From assembly GCA_019931245.1 (NCBI GenBank), contig JAINDL010000011.1, forward strand, positions 13,531 through 77,530: a stretch of DNA of 64,000 nucleotides. The letters run 5' to 3'. The position numbers were made by a program, and so were the translations under genes. Shown here one piece after another: positions 47,827 through 56,808 of this stretch (positions are counted from its first letter, which is position 1; each line of letters begins with the position of its first letter). Origin of the DNA: Bryobacteraceae bacterium CoA2 C42 (GTDB taxonomy: Bacteria > Acidobacteriota > Terriglobia > Bryobacterales > Bryobacteraceae). The notes beneath the pieces were generated by a model. The model saw nothing but the letters and a program-made list of their open reading frames with translations, did no database searches and was not told the origin of the DNA.

Positions 47827-48559
47827 CTGGTGGGTCGCCCTCTATCTGCTGGCCGGCCCCGAAATGGTCTCCATTCCCGCCGGCGAGTTCGAACAGGGCC
47901 GCAGCTTTGCCTGGAAGGATTACGATGTACCCTGGTACCCCAATCCGGCCAAGGACGATACCCCGGCCCGCCGGGTCAAACTGAAGGCCTATTCGCTGGA
48001 TGTCGCCGAGGTGACCAACCAGCGCTACCACGCCTTCGTGAAAGCCACCCGCCACGTACCGCCATACCACTGGAAGAAGGGCGTCCCGGACCCCGCCAAG
48101 CTCAATCATCCCGTCTACAACGTCAGCTACGACGATGCGGTAGCCTTCTGCGCCTGGGACGGCGGCAAGCGCCTGCCTACCGAAGCCGAATGGGAGCGCG
48201 CCGCCCGCGGCGCCGCCGAAGGCAAAATGTACCCCTGGGGCGACCGCGCCATCACCCCGGCCGATGCCGTCTACGACGCCAAGGACGGCCCGCAGGCCGT
48301 TTGCGGCAAGACGCGCCACGCCTTTGGCCTATGCGACATGACCGGTAACGTCTGGGAGTGGTGCGCCGACTGGTACGGCCAGCGCTACTACGCCTCGGCG
48401 CCCGCCGAAAATCCCCCCGGCCCGGACACGGGCCTCTACCGCGTCCTGCGCGGCGGCGGTTGGTTCGATACGCCTCCGCTGTTCCTCTCGCTCCCCTACC
48501 GCAGTTGGGCCCGGCCCGCCGAGCGCAGCCCCACCATCGGCTTCCGCTGCGCAAAGTAA
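47819..48559 (+). CDS. FGE-sulfatase-domain (SUMF1/EgtB/PvdO-like) protein lacking the FGE catalytic Cys pair
   Basis: Motifs VTNQRYHAFV, RLPTEAEWERAARG, GNVWEWCADWY and RVLRGGGW...IGFRCAK. The region aligned by eye to human FGE CHRSYCYRYR reads FDTPPLFLSLPYRS, with no Cys. It overlaps the DUF1501-type gene by 8 nt. Confidence 0.82.
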   Translation: MPSWWVALYLLAGPEMVSIPAGEFEQGRSFAWKDYDVPWYPNPAKDDTPARRVKLKAYSLDVAEVTNQRYHAFVKATRHVPPYHWKKGVPDPAKLNHPVYNVSYDDAVAFCAWDGGKRLPTEAEWERAARGAAEGKMYPWGDRAITPADAVYDAKDGPQAVCGKTRHAFGLCDMTGNVWEWCADWYGQRYYASAPAENPPGPDTGLYRVLRGGGWFDTPPLFLSLPYRSWARPAERSPTIGFRCAK

Positions 48560-48568
48560 CCCTCCCGT

Positions 48569-49429
48569 ATGCGACTGCTTCTCCTTCTCGGTCTCGTCTT
48601 CCCCTGCCTGGCGGAGGAGTGGCGACCGGTCCGCGGCAGCATCCTCGGCGGCCTCTCCGGCCTGGCGCTCGTCGAAAGCACGGCCACCCAGAGCACCTTC
48701 CTGATCGTGCATGACAACAAGGCGCTCACCGACCCGCGCCTTGCCCTCATCACCGTCAACGGCCCGCAGCCGGTCGCCTACCGCCCGGTCGCCTGGAGGT
48801 TCGACGCCGACTGCATCGACCTCGAAGCCATTACCGCCATCCCTGGCCGCCCCGGCGAATATCTCGCCCTCATCAGTCGCGGCCTCGTCTATCACATCCG
48901 CCTCGACGCCGCCCGGCCGTCCGCGGAAACCCTCGGCCGTTTCCCCCTGCCCGCGCTGCCGCCCCAGGCCAATCTCGAAGCACTCTCGCTCCAGCGCCTC
49001 GACGATCGCTACCTGCTCGCCTGGGCCGACCGCGGCGAGGGCGACCGCCCGGCCCGCCTTTTTTTCAGCGAACTGCGTCTGGACGGCTACCAACTTTCCG
49101 GCGTCGAGTCGACCGCCATTCGGGTTCCCTGGCCGGTGCAGAATGTGCGACACGTCTCGGATCTTCGCATCGATGAAGCCGGCGTCCTCACCTTCGCCGC
49201 CGCCTCCGACGCCGGCGACGACGGCCCGTTTTCTTCGGCCATCTATCTCGGCGGCGTCTTCCGCTTCGGGAAGAACAAGCCCCGTCTGGCGGCCTATGCG
49301 CAGCTGGTCCGGCTGCGGACGTTCCCGGATCGCAAAGTAGAGGGGATGGAACTCGTTCCAGGCAGCGGAGGTTTCCTCTTCGCCACCGACGACGAGAACT
49401 TCGGCGGATGGGTACTCTCCACCTGGTAA
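48569..49429 (+). CDS. Hypothetical secreted protein (286 aa)
   Basis: Signal peptide MRLLLLLGLVFPCLA. GC3-rich. It starts 9 nt after the FGE-like gene. No recognised motif; the repetitive beta-strand-like segments are only an impression. Confidence 0.6.
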   Translation: MRLLLLLGLVFPCLAEEWRPVRGSILGGLSGLALVESTATQSTFLIVHDNKALTDPRLALITVNGPQPVAYRPVAWRFDADCIDLEAITAIPGRPGEYLALISRGLVYHIRLDAARPSAETLGRFPLPALPPQANLEALSLQRLDDRYLLAWADRGEGDRPARLFFSELRLDGYQLSGVESTAIRVPWPVQNVRHVSDLRIDEAGVLTFAAASDAGDDGPFSSAIYLGGVFRFGKNKPRLAAYAQLVRLRTFPDRKVEGMELVPGSGGFLFATDDENFGGWVLSTW

Positions 49430-50466
49430 CGCTGCTGTGGGCGCAGGCCTTGTTGCCTGCCAGCTGGACCGCTGCGTTCGAACGGCCCGCTTCCGGGGTC
49501 CTCACCTGCGACGTTACCCCTACGCGGCCCTATCTGAACTTTGGCTTCCGCTTCCAGGCTGGCTACTTCTTCACGGTCCCGCTGGCGCAACTGGCCGGTC
49601 CCGGCCATCAACTGCAGGTGGTCACCCGCGTAACCCCCGAGATCGGACCGGCCGTCGTCCTGGGCCAACGCTTCGGTCTGCCGCCGGTGCCCAAAACTTC
49701 GCAGTTGATCGAGGTGGCGGGCGGCTATCTGTTGGGGGAAGGGAAGTACCGCGTCGACTGGATCCTTTACGATGAACGCAACCGGGCCTGCCGAAAGTCC
49801 TGGCGGCTCAAAGTAGCGCGCTCGGGAGCCGAGAAGCGGGTCGACCTGGCGATGCCGCCCCATACCGTCACCGACTTCTCGCTCACCGGCCTGCCCCCGC
49901 CCCGCCTCGCCGCTAAAGCCGGGGGGCCCATCACGATCCTGCTCAACGCCGCGCCACTGTCGCCGCGCCGCCTGCGGCTCCGCGTTTCCGATGAACTTTT
50001 GCTGGTTGGCGCCCTCTCTTCGCTCGTCGAACGCCTGGGTGGCCGTCCGCTTCGGCTCGTTGTTTTCAATCTCGACCAGCGGCAGCAGCTCTACGAAAAG
50101 GACGATTTCGAGCCCGCGCAACTGAACGCGGTCAGCCAGGCCATCAACCAGCTTGAACTCGACTCGGTCGACCTAGCGGTGCTCCAAAACCCCAAAGGCC
50201 ACATCGACTTTCTCGCCGGTCTACTCAACCGCGAGGCCGCCGAAACGGTCGTCCTGCTCGGCCCCACCACCCGCCACTTCGAATCGATGCCCGCCCATAA
50301 AATCGAAAAGGGAAGTAACCGGATCTTCAATCTCCAGTTTCTTCCCTTCTGGCGCTTCGGCGTGCCGCCGCCGGATCTGCTCGACTCCGCTACCCGCCGG
50401 CGCAAGGGAAAAACCATGCTACTGCGGACCCCGGCCGACTTCGCCAAGGCCATCGCGGCGCTTTAG
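49408..50466 (+). CDS. Hypothetical secreted protein (352 aa)
   Basis: Signal-like N-terminus MGTLHLVTLLWAQALLPASW. It overlaps the previous gene by 22 nt. The C-terminal half alternates beta and alpha segments (ITILLNAAPLS..., LRLVVFNLD..., VVLLGPTT), loosely like a VWA/Rossmann fold without a MIDAS motif. That reading is speculative. Confidence 0.6.
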   Translation: MGTLHLVTLLWAQALLPASWTAAFERPASGVLTCDVTPTRPYLNFGFRFQAGYFFTVPLAQLAGPGHQLQVVTRVTPEIGPAVVLGQRFGLPPVPKTSQLIEVAGGYLLGEGKYRVDWILYDERNRACRKSWRLKVARSGAEKRVDLAMPPHTVTDFSLTGLPPPRLAAKAGGPITILLNAAPLSPRRLRLRVSDELLLVGALSSLVERLGGRPLRLVVFNLDQRQQLYEKDDFEPAQLNAVSQAINQLELDSVDLAVLQNPKGHIDFLAGLLNREAAETVVLLGPTTRHFESMPAHKIEKGSNRIFNLQFLPFWRFGVPPPDLLDSATRRRKGKTMLLRTPADFAKAIAAL

Positions 50467-51177
50467 CTAGGCAAACGGACTCCGTTTGAGCGCGTACTCC
50501 ATCGCCTCGGCCGGCACCGTGTAGCGGCTCAACGCCCGGTTGCCGATGTAGTTCAGGTCCTTGAAGCCCACCGGGCTGGTGTAGAACGCGTCCACCGTCA
50601 TCTTCCGAACCCAGTCAAAGAACGCGACGCCGGCGCCCAGTTCGTTGGCCCGCCGCACGGTGTAGCCCGTGAAGTCCTTGTAGACAGCCGATTTTTGATA
50701 CACCAGCTCTTCGCTCTGCCGCTCGGCCAACTCGCGGCCGGCTTCGACGAGAGCGTCAAGCATCTGCGTCTGCTGCTCCGGCTTGGCCGCGAGAAACGTG
50801 GCGCTGTATCGCTTCCGCATCTCGGCGTCGAGCCAGGCAAAGCCGCCGTGGAAGATGTTGGCAATCTGCTCGTTCTGGTGCGCGAGCGTGTCGATGAACT
50901 CCGGCGCCCCGGCGTCGAGCGCGCTGCCCGAGACGGTGTCGGCCGGCACGATCAGCACGGCCAGCCGCTGCAGCGTCTTGTACTCGGCCGCCGTGAACTC
51001 CTTGACGCGGTAGGGGCCCTTCGCCTTCTCCGCCGCCGTCTCGGCGTGCACATGCTGGGCCGCCTCCACTTCGAGCGTTCCGAGCGTGGTCAGGCCGACC
51101 GCGATGGCCCGCAGCCACGACCGGCGGTCCAAGGATTCAACCCGTAGCAATGATTCGAGCGGTACGAAGTTAGACAT
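50467..51177 (-). CDS. Gluconate 2-dehydrogenase subunit 3-family small subunit with twin-arginine leader
   Basis: Leader DRRSWLRAIAVGLTTLG. Family stretch LQRLAVLIVPADTVSGSALDAGAPEFIDTL and C-terminal MTVDAFYTSPVG. It overlaps the upstream GMC gene by 8 nt. Confidence 0.8.
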   Translation of the reverse strand: MSNFVPLESLLRVESLDRRSWLRAIAVGLTTLGTLEVEAAQHVHAETAAEKAKGPYRVKEFTAAEYKTLQRLAVLIVPADTVSGSALDAGAPEFIDTLAHQNEQIANIFHGGFAWLDAEMRKRYSATFLAAKPEQQTQMLDALVEAGRELAERQSEELVYQKSAVYKDFTGYTVRRANELGAGVAFFDWVRKMTVDAFYTSPVGFKDLNYIGNRALSRYTVPAEAMEYALKRSPFA

Positions 51178-52921
51178 TGCCTTTCTTCATCTCCTCGGCC
51201 AGGTAGTCGCTTGCGCGCCAGGCCAGTGCGTTAATGGTTAAGGTCGGGTTCTTGTCCGGGTTCGACGCAAAGCTCGCGCCGTCCATCACAAATAGGTTCT
51301 TCATCTCGTGCGCCTGGCAGTAGCCATTGAGAATGGAGTCCTTGGCAGACTTGCCCATCCGCGCGCCGCCCACTTCGTGAATGATCGTGCCGGGAATCGA
51401 TATCCCCTGCGATTCGCGCTGCGCCGCGCTCAGGCCGCTCACCTTGCCGCCCATCGCCGTGATGATCTCGGCGAAGGTCTTCTCCATGTGCCGGGCCTGC
51501 TTCCACTCGTAATCGGTCCACTTGAAGTGGAACTTCAGCACCGGAATGCCCCACTTATCCACCACGTTCGGGTCGAGTTCGCAGTAGGAGTGGATGTTGG
51601 GAATCATCTCGCCGCGGCCGGCAAAGCCGATCGAGGTGCCGTAGCTCTCGCGAATCTTCGTCTTCATGTTGGCGCCGTAGCCCCAGCGCCGGGCCGCGCC
51701 GTGGTAGCCGCCCACGCTCGGCATGCCGTAGCCGCCGCCGATTTCGATATGGTACCCGCGCGGGAAATCGAGCTTGTTGTGCTTGTCCCAGAGCCACCAG
51801 GGCATGAACAGGTGCGCGCCGCCGTAGCCATCCGTGTTGTAGTGCGGCATCCCTTCGAGCGCCGGCACCGTGCCGGACAGCCCGAAGCCCACCGTATCCA
51901 TCAAATAGCGCCCGAGCAGCCCCGACCCGTTGGCCAGGCCGTTCGGAAACTCCTTGGTCTTCGAGTTCAACAGGATGCGCGTGGACTCGCAGGCGCTCGC
52001 CGCCAGCACCACGACCTTAGCCTTGATGATCTTCTCGGTGCGCGTCTTCTTGTCGATATAAAGAACGCCGGTCGCCTTGCCGTTGTTATCGGTCAGCACC
52101 TCGCGCGCCATGGCCAGATCAAAAACCTTCAGCCGCCCGGTCTTCATCGCCGGGAACACCTGCACCTGCGCCGAACTGTAGGCCGACGCCGTCTGGCAGC
52201 CGCGGCCGCACTGCCCGCAATAGTGGCACGCCGCCCGGCCGTTCAGGTTCTTGGTGATCACCGCGCGCCGGTTGGCGATGCAGATGATGCCCAGCTTGTC
52301 GCAGGCCTTCTTCACCAGCATCTCGTGCACCTTCGGCGGCGGCGCGGGCAGAAACTGGCCGTCCGGGCACGACGGAACATTCTCCCGCGTGCCGGCGATA
52401 CCGATAAACTCCTCGGCCTTGTCGTAATAGGGCGAAATGTCCTGATAGGAGACCGGCCAGTTGAACCCCAGCCCGTCCTTGTCGTAAGGCTTGAAGTCGT
52501 ACTCGGCAAACCGGAACGACATCCGTCCGTAGTGATTAGTGCGGCCGCCCAGAATCCGCGACCGGAACCATTGAAACTGGCTCCCTTCACCCACCGTGTA
52601 CGGCTCGCCTTCAAGCTGCCAGCCGCCGCTGGTCGTCGAAAAGAATCCGAACGGCTTCCCCTGGCCAAAGTAGGCCTTGCCGCCCTCCTCGGCGCCCCGG
52701 TGCTCGTAATCGGCCGGTACTTTATGCTCTTTAAATTCCGTGGCGACGTCCAGCATCGGACCCGCTTCAAGCAGCGCCACTTTGAGGCCTTTCGCCGTCA
52801 ACACATGCACCGCGGTCCCGCCGCCGGCGCCCGAGCCGACCACGACGGCGTCATAGACTTCCTGACTACTGGTGTTCTGAGGCATTGGCATTATTCCATC
52901 ATATCTGCGCGCCGCCGCCAA
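51170..52921 (-). CDS. GMC-family FAD-dependent oxidoreductase (large subunit), paralogue of 3061..4707
   Basis: FAD motif DAVVVGSGAGGG, Cys cluster CHYCGQCGRGC, and C-terminal HEVGGARMG...FVMDGASF...NPTLTINALAWR. Confidence 0.9.
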   Translation of the reverse strand: MAAARRYDGIMPMPQNTSSQEVYDAVVVGSGAGGGTAVHVLTAKGLKVALLEAGPMLDVATEFKEHKVPADYEHRGAEEGGKAYFGQGKPFGFFSTTSGGWQLEGEPYTVGEGSQFQWFRSRILGGRTNHYGRMSFRFAEYDFKPYDKDGLGFNWPVSYQDISPYYDKAEEFIGIAGTRENVPSCPDGQFLPAPPPKVHEMLVKKACDKLGIICIANRRAVITKNLNGRAACHYCGQCGRGCQTASAYSSAQVQVFPAMKTGRLKVFDLAMAREVLTDNNGKATGVLYIDKKTRTEKIIKAKVVVLAASACESTRILLNSKTKEFPNGLANGSGLLGRYLMDTVGFGLSGTVPALEGMPHYNTDGYGGAHLFMPWWLWDKHNKLDFPRGYHIEIGGGYGMPSVGGYHGAARRWGYGANMKTKIRESYGTSIGFAGRGEMIPNIHSYCELDPNVVDKWGIPVLKFHFKWTDYEWKQARHMEKTFAEIITAMGGKVSGLSAAQRESQGISIPGTIIHEVGGARMGKSAKDSILNGYCQAHEMKNLFVMDGASFASNPDKNPTLTINALAWRASDYLAEEMKKGNV

Positions 52922-52944
52922 ACGTGATTTAATACCCGGGAGTC

Positions 52945-53847
52945 ATGCTCACCCGCCGCCGCTTCCTCGCCGCCTCGGCCGCCGCGCCCCTCCTGGCGCA
53001 ATCCCCGTGGCCCTCACCCGTCATCGACATCCATCTGCACCCCCGCCGCGACAGCGTCTCCTCGCTCGACCACGTCACCGGCGCCGGCATGGAAAAGGCC
53101 GTCCTGCTCACCCACATCCGCGACGCCGCCCGCGCCAAAGAGCAGATCGCCAAACACCCCGGCCGCTTCACCTGGTTTGTCGCCGCCGACCCCGCCCAAC
53201 CCGGTGGCTTCGACGGCGTTGCCCAGGCGCTCAAAGACGGGGCCATCGGCATCGGCGAGATGAAAACACACACCCGCGCCGACGCCAAGGCCATGCGCCG
53301 CCTCTACGATCTCGCCGCCGACCACCGCGTCCCCGTCCTGCTCCACTTCCAACAAGCCGCCCCCTTCGACCCCGAAGCCCTTTGGAACACCGGCTTCCCC
53401 GACTTCCACAAAATCCTCCAAGCCCACAAGAAGACCAACTTCATCGGCCACGCCAACTTCTTCTGGGCCTCCATCAGCGCCAATCCCCCCTCCGGCGAGG
53501 AGTACCCGGCCGGACCCGTCCAGACCGGCGGCCTCACGGACCGCTGGCTCGCCGACTATCCCAACCTTTTTGGCGACCTCTCCGCCAACTCCGGCAATAA
53601 CGCCCTCAGCCGCGATCCGGCCTTTGCAAGGGCATTCCTTGCGCGGCACCAGAATAAACTGATGTTTGGCAGTGACTGCAGCTGTAAAGATGGAATTGGC
53701 ACCGGAGGCAGTACCCTCCTGGCTCGCCTCAAAGGAAAATGCGTTGGCCGCGATACCCTCAGCCTTCTCCGGGAACTCACCTCCCCGGATGTCTTTCGTA
53801 AGGTTTGTTGGGGGAATGCCCACCTCCTTTTGCGGGTATCCGCGTAG
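52945..53847 (+). CDS. Metal-dependent amidohydrolase (amidohydrolase-2-like TIM barrel) with Tat leader
   Basis: Leader TRRRFLAASAAAPLLA, the motif VIDIHLHP (HxH), and later GIGEMK, LLHF and GSDCS motifs. Confidence 0.75.
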   Translation: MLTRRRFLAASAAAPLLAQSPWPSPVIDIHLHPRRDSVSSLDHVTGAGMEKAVLLTHIRDAARAKEQIAKHPGRFTWFVAADPAQPGGFDGVAQALKDGAIGIGEMKTHTRADAKAMRRLYDLAADHRVPVLLHFQQAAPFDPEALWNTGFPDFHKILQAHKKTNFIGHANFFWASISANPPSGEEYPAGPVQTGGLTDRWLADYPNLFGDLSANSGNNALSRDPAFARAFLARHQNKLMFGSDCSCKDGIGTGGSTLLARLKGKCVGRDTLSLLRELTSPDVFRKVCWGNAHLLLRVSA

Positions 53848-53942
53848 TACGGCCCTTCGCTATTTCCGTAAAACAAATAGACGAGATTATTCCCAACCCG
53901 GCGACACTTCTTTAGCGTGGGTGAAGGAATACCCCCAATTGA

Positions 53943-54590
53943 GTGGAACGGAGAATCGGAGTGCCAAGATCACCAATAGAACACATCACAGAAGAACAGC
54001 TCGAAAAGTACCACTTGAAGCAACTCGCCGAGCCGGCAGCGGAGGTCGTCGAAGAGCATTTACTGGTGTGTGAACCTTGCCGGACCCAACTGGCCGAGTT
54101 GGAACTCTTCACGAAAACATTTCGCGCCGTCGCACCTGTCCTCGCGCGCGAAGACGCGCTGGCCGAACGCGGAGGACTGAAAGAGTGGTTCCGCCGTCAG
54201 TTCCAAAACCCTTTGCCGGCTCTCGCCCTTGGCGCCGTCGCCGCCATCGCGCTGATTGTCGGTCCCATGGCCTGGCTCGAACGCCCGGCGCAGGGTTCGG
54301 CGGCGATGGTGCAGCTCGAAGCCGTCCGTGCGAACGCCTTCCCGGAGGCCCCCGCCGACCGTCCGCTCCACTTTGCTCTGGAGTTGACTGGTCTGGCCTC
54401 TTCGCCTTCCTTCCGGGCCGAAATCGCCAATGAGAGTGGTCAGTCCGTGTTTACGCGGACCGTCACCCCGGCCGCCCTCACCACCATTCTCGAACTGCCC
54501 GAAGGATTACGCGCCGGACGGTACTGGCTCCGGCTCTACGGCCGGGAGGACCAGGAACCGGTCCGGGAGTTCGGCTTCACCGTTCGCTAA
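53943..54590 (+). CDS. Putative zf-HC2 anti-sigma-factor-like membrane protein
   Basis: H-x3-C-x2-C motif (EEHLLVCEPC) near the N-terminus, a central TM helix (LPALALGAVAAIALIVGPMAWL), and an extracytoplasmic C-terminal domain. The start is uncertain (GTG 53943 or GTG 53961). Confidence 0.6.
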   Translation: MERRIGVPRSPIEHITEEQLEKYHLKQLAEPAAEVVEEHLLVCEPCRTQLAELELFTKTFRAVAPVLAREDALAERGGLKEWFRRQFQNPLPALALGAVAAIALIVGPMAWLERPAQGSAAMVQLEAVRANAFPEAPADRPLHFALELTGLASSPSFRAEIANESGQSVFTRTVTPAALTTILELPEGLRAGRYWLRLYGREDQEPVREFGFTVR

Positions 54591-54593
54591 ACG

Positions 54594-55073
54594 TCACGGC
54601 ACCGGACCGCTGGCAATCCGCTCCATGAATCGGATCACCCGGAGCGGGTACTGCCTCCGAGAGGGATTGTAGGCTCGGAGGATCTCCCGGCTGGTCCGGC
54701 CCCGGTAAATCGGCGAGTGCGCCAAACGGCTCGCCACGTAGTCAATTCCGGCCGCAACCGAAGAAAATCGGGTGCGGCCGGAGTTCCATCCGAAGATATT
54801 ATTGCGCCGGGCGTGCCGCCCGCCGCCGCTCTCGACCATCGCCAGGGCCGGCAGCAGCCGCCAGTCAAGACCATACTGGTCCGCCTTTTCGACAAACACC
54901 GGTGCCGAAGCCCCCAGCGGGCTCCCCTGACTGGCGAAAAACGTTCGGAGCGTCTCGCAGCGGGCGTCCTGTTTACATTCGAACGGCTCCCCTTCGGCGG
55001 CTCCTCCCGCCCCGGCCAGCGCCAGGAAGGCAAAACCGGCCGCGAACGCCCGGGTCGGTAGCAATCCTTCCAT
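54594..55073 (-). CDS. Secreted glucosaminidase-domain (FlgJ C-terminal-like) peptidoglycan hydrolase
   Basis: The motif LLPALAMVESGGGRHARRNNIFGW resembles the glucosaminidase signature (ESGWG ... NN.FG). The signal-like N-terminus starts at ATG 55073; the alternative start at 55136 would add 21 aa. Confidence 0.55.
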   Translation of the reverse strand: MEGLLPTRAFAAGFAFLALAGAGGAAEGEPFECKQDARCETLRTFFASQGSPLGASAPVFVEKADQYGLDWRLLPALAMVESGGGRHARRNNIFGWNSGRTRFSSVAAGIDYVASRLAHSPIYRGRTSREILRAYNPSRRQYPLRVIRFMERIASGPVP

Positions 55074-55161
55074 CCCCAATAGAGTACCCCACCAGGAGTA
55101 CCTCCATCGGTCCTGCGGCTCCGGGTCCGGCTGCATGGTACCCTGCGGGTGTAAGACCCCT

Positions 55162-56115
55162 ATGGCTCGACTGTTGCCTCTTCTCCTTGCCGCCGCTCTC
55201 CCGCTGGCGGCCCAGCTCGTCGTCGTCCTCAACTCGGGCGACGAAATGATCTCGCTGATCGACCAGAGAACCCGCCGCGAAACCAAGCGCTTCCGCATCG
55301 GCAAAGAGCCGCACCACCTGATGGCCACCCCCGACGACAACTACCTCATCGTCGCCAACGCCGCCTCGAACGAACTCGTCTTTCTCGACCGCACCAGCGG
55401 CGAAATCAAAAGCCGCCTCCGCGATATCGCCGACCCCTACCAAATCGGCTTCAGCCCCGACGGCCAATACTTCGTCTCCTGCTCGCTCCGCCTGCATCGC
55501 GTCGACATCTATTCGGGCAAAGACTTCAAGCTCCTCAAACGCCTACCCGCCGCCAAAACACCCAGCCACCTCGCCTACGACAAGGCCTCCCGCTTCGTCT
55601 TCATCACCCTCCAGGACACCAACGAGCTGTTGGCCATCGACCTTAAGACGCAAAAAGAAGCCTGGCGCATGCCCATCGGCAGCCTCCCCTCCGGCATCTG
55701 GATGACCCCCGACGACAAGCACCTCCTCATCGGCATCATGGGCCGCGACTACGTCGAAGTCATCGACTGGCGCACCCGCAAGCAGGTCAAGAAGATCGTC
55801 ACCGGCAAAGGCGCCCACAATTTCATCTCCGCCGGCGACGGTCGCCACGTCTACCAGTCCAACCGCGTCGACGCCGTCATCACCAAAATCGACCAGGACA
55901 CCCTCACCGTCGTCGACCGCTTCCAGGCCCCCGGCGGCCCCGACTGCATGGATCTCTCCGCCGATAAGAAGGAGCTCTGGTTCACCTCCCGCTTCGCCCG
56001 CAAGGTCTCCATCCTCGATCTGGTTTCAAAAAAGGTGATCCACCAGATCCCCGTCGGCAAGTCGCCCCACGGCATCTACCTCGCCAACCATGGCCCCCGG
56101 CAGACCTTCCGATGA
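55162..56115 (+). CDS. YVTN-family beta-propeller repeat protein, secreted
   Basis: Signal peptide MARLLPLLLAAALPLAAQ. Repeated about 40-aa units of the type PHHLMATPDDNYLIVAN...ELVFLD. The tracked start 55135 was shortened to ATG 55162. Confidence 0.75.
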   Translation: MARLLPLLLAAALPLAAQLVVVLNSGDEMISLIDQRTRRETKRFRIGKEPHHLMATPDDNYLIVANAASNELVFLDRTSGEIKSRLRDIADPYQIGFSPDGQYFVSCSLRLHRVDIYSGKDFKLLKRLPAAKTPSHLAYDKASRFVFITLQDTNELLAIDLKTQKEAWRMPIGSLPSGIWMTPDDKHLLIGIMGRDYVEVIDWRTRKQVKKIVTGKGAHNFISAGDGRHVYQSNRVDAVITKIDQDTLTVVDRFQAPGGPDCMDLSADKKELWFTSRFARKVSILDLVSKKVIHQIPVGKSPHGIYLANHGPRQTFR

Positions 56116-56783
56116 GCTTATTGATCCTCGCCGCCACGGTCTATCTCACCATCGACACCGGCAACATGGAGCCGGCCGAACAGATCGCCGCCATCCTGCG
56201 CAAACACCAGGTGAAGGCCACATTTTTCCTCGCCGACGAAAAGACCAAACGCGGCGATACCTCCCTAGACCCCGCCTGGGCCCCCTTCTGGCGCGCCCTC
56301 GCCGCCGACGGCCACAAGTTTGGCAGCCATACCTGGAAGCACTCCTACTTCCGCCGCGATCTCCCCAACGGCAAAGTGGCCTACGTTGCCAAAGCCGGCC
56401 CCACCGAACAACTCGACCAACCCGGCGTCTGCGCCGAACTCCGCCGCGTCGACACCCGCTTCCACGAAATGACCGGCCGCCATCTCGACCCCCTCTGGCG
56501 CGCCCCCGGCGGCCGCACCACCCCCCGCGTCCTCGCCTTCGCCCAAAAATGCGGCTTTCGCCACGTCGGCTGGACCGCGCACGGCTTCCTCGGCGACGAA
56601 CTGTCTAGCAAAACCCATCCCAACCGCCGCCTGCTCGATGACTCGCTCCGGAATATCCAAGACGGCGAGATTCTCCTCCTCCACCTCGGCATCTGGTCCC
56701 GCCAGGATCCCTACTGGCCTATGCTCGACCCGCTCCTCGCCGGGCTCAAAAAACGCGGCTTCCAGTTCGCGCTCCTGCCCTAG
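56112..56783 (+). CDS. Polysaccharide deacetylase (NodB-homology) family protein
   Basis: Motifs ATFFLADE, FGSHTWKHSYF (H-x4-H) and LWRAPGG. ATGA overlap with the upstream gene. Confidence 0.8.
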   Translation: MSLLILAATVYLTIDTGNMEPAEQIAAILRKHQVKATFFLADEKTKRGDTSLDPAWAPFWRALAADGHKFGSHTWKHSYFRRDLPNGKVAYVAKAGPTEQLDQPGVCAELRRVDTRFHEMTGRHLDPLWRAPGGRTTPRVLAFAQKCGFRHVGWTAHGFLGDELSSKTHPNRRLLDDSLRNIQDGEILLLHLGIWSRQDPYWPMLDPLLAGLKKRGFQFALLP

Positions 56784-56808
56784 AGCGGGCCGCGCCCGGC
56801 CAAGGAAC

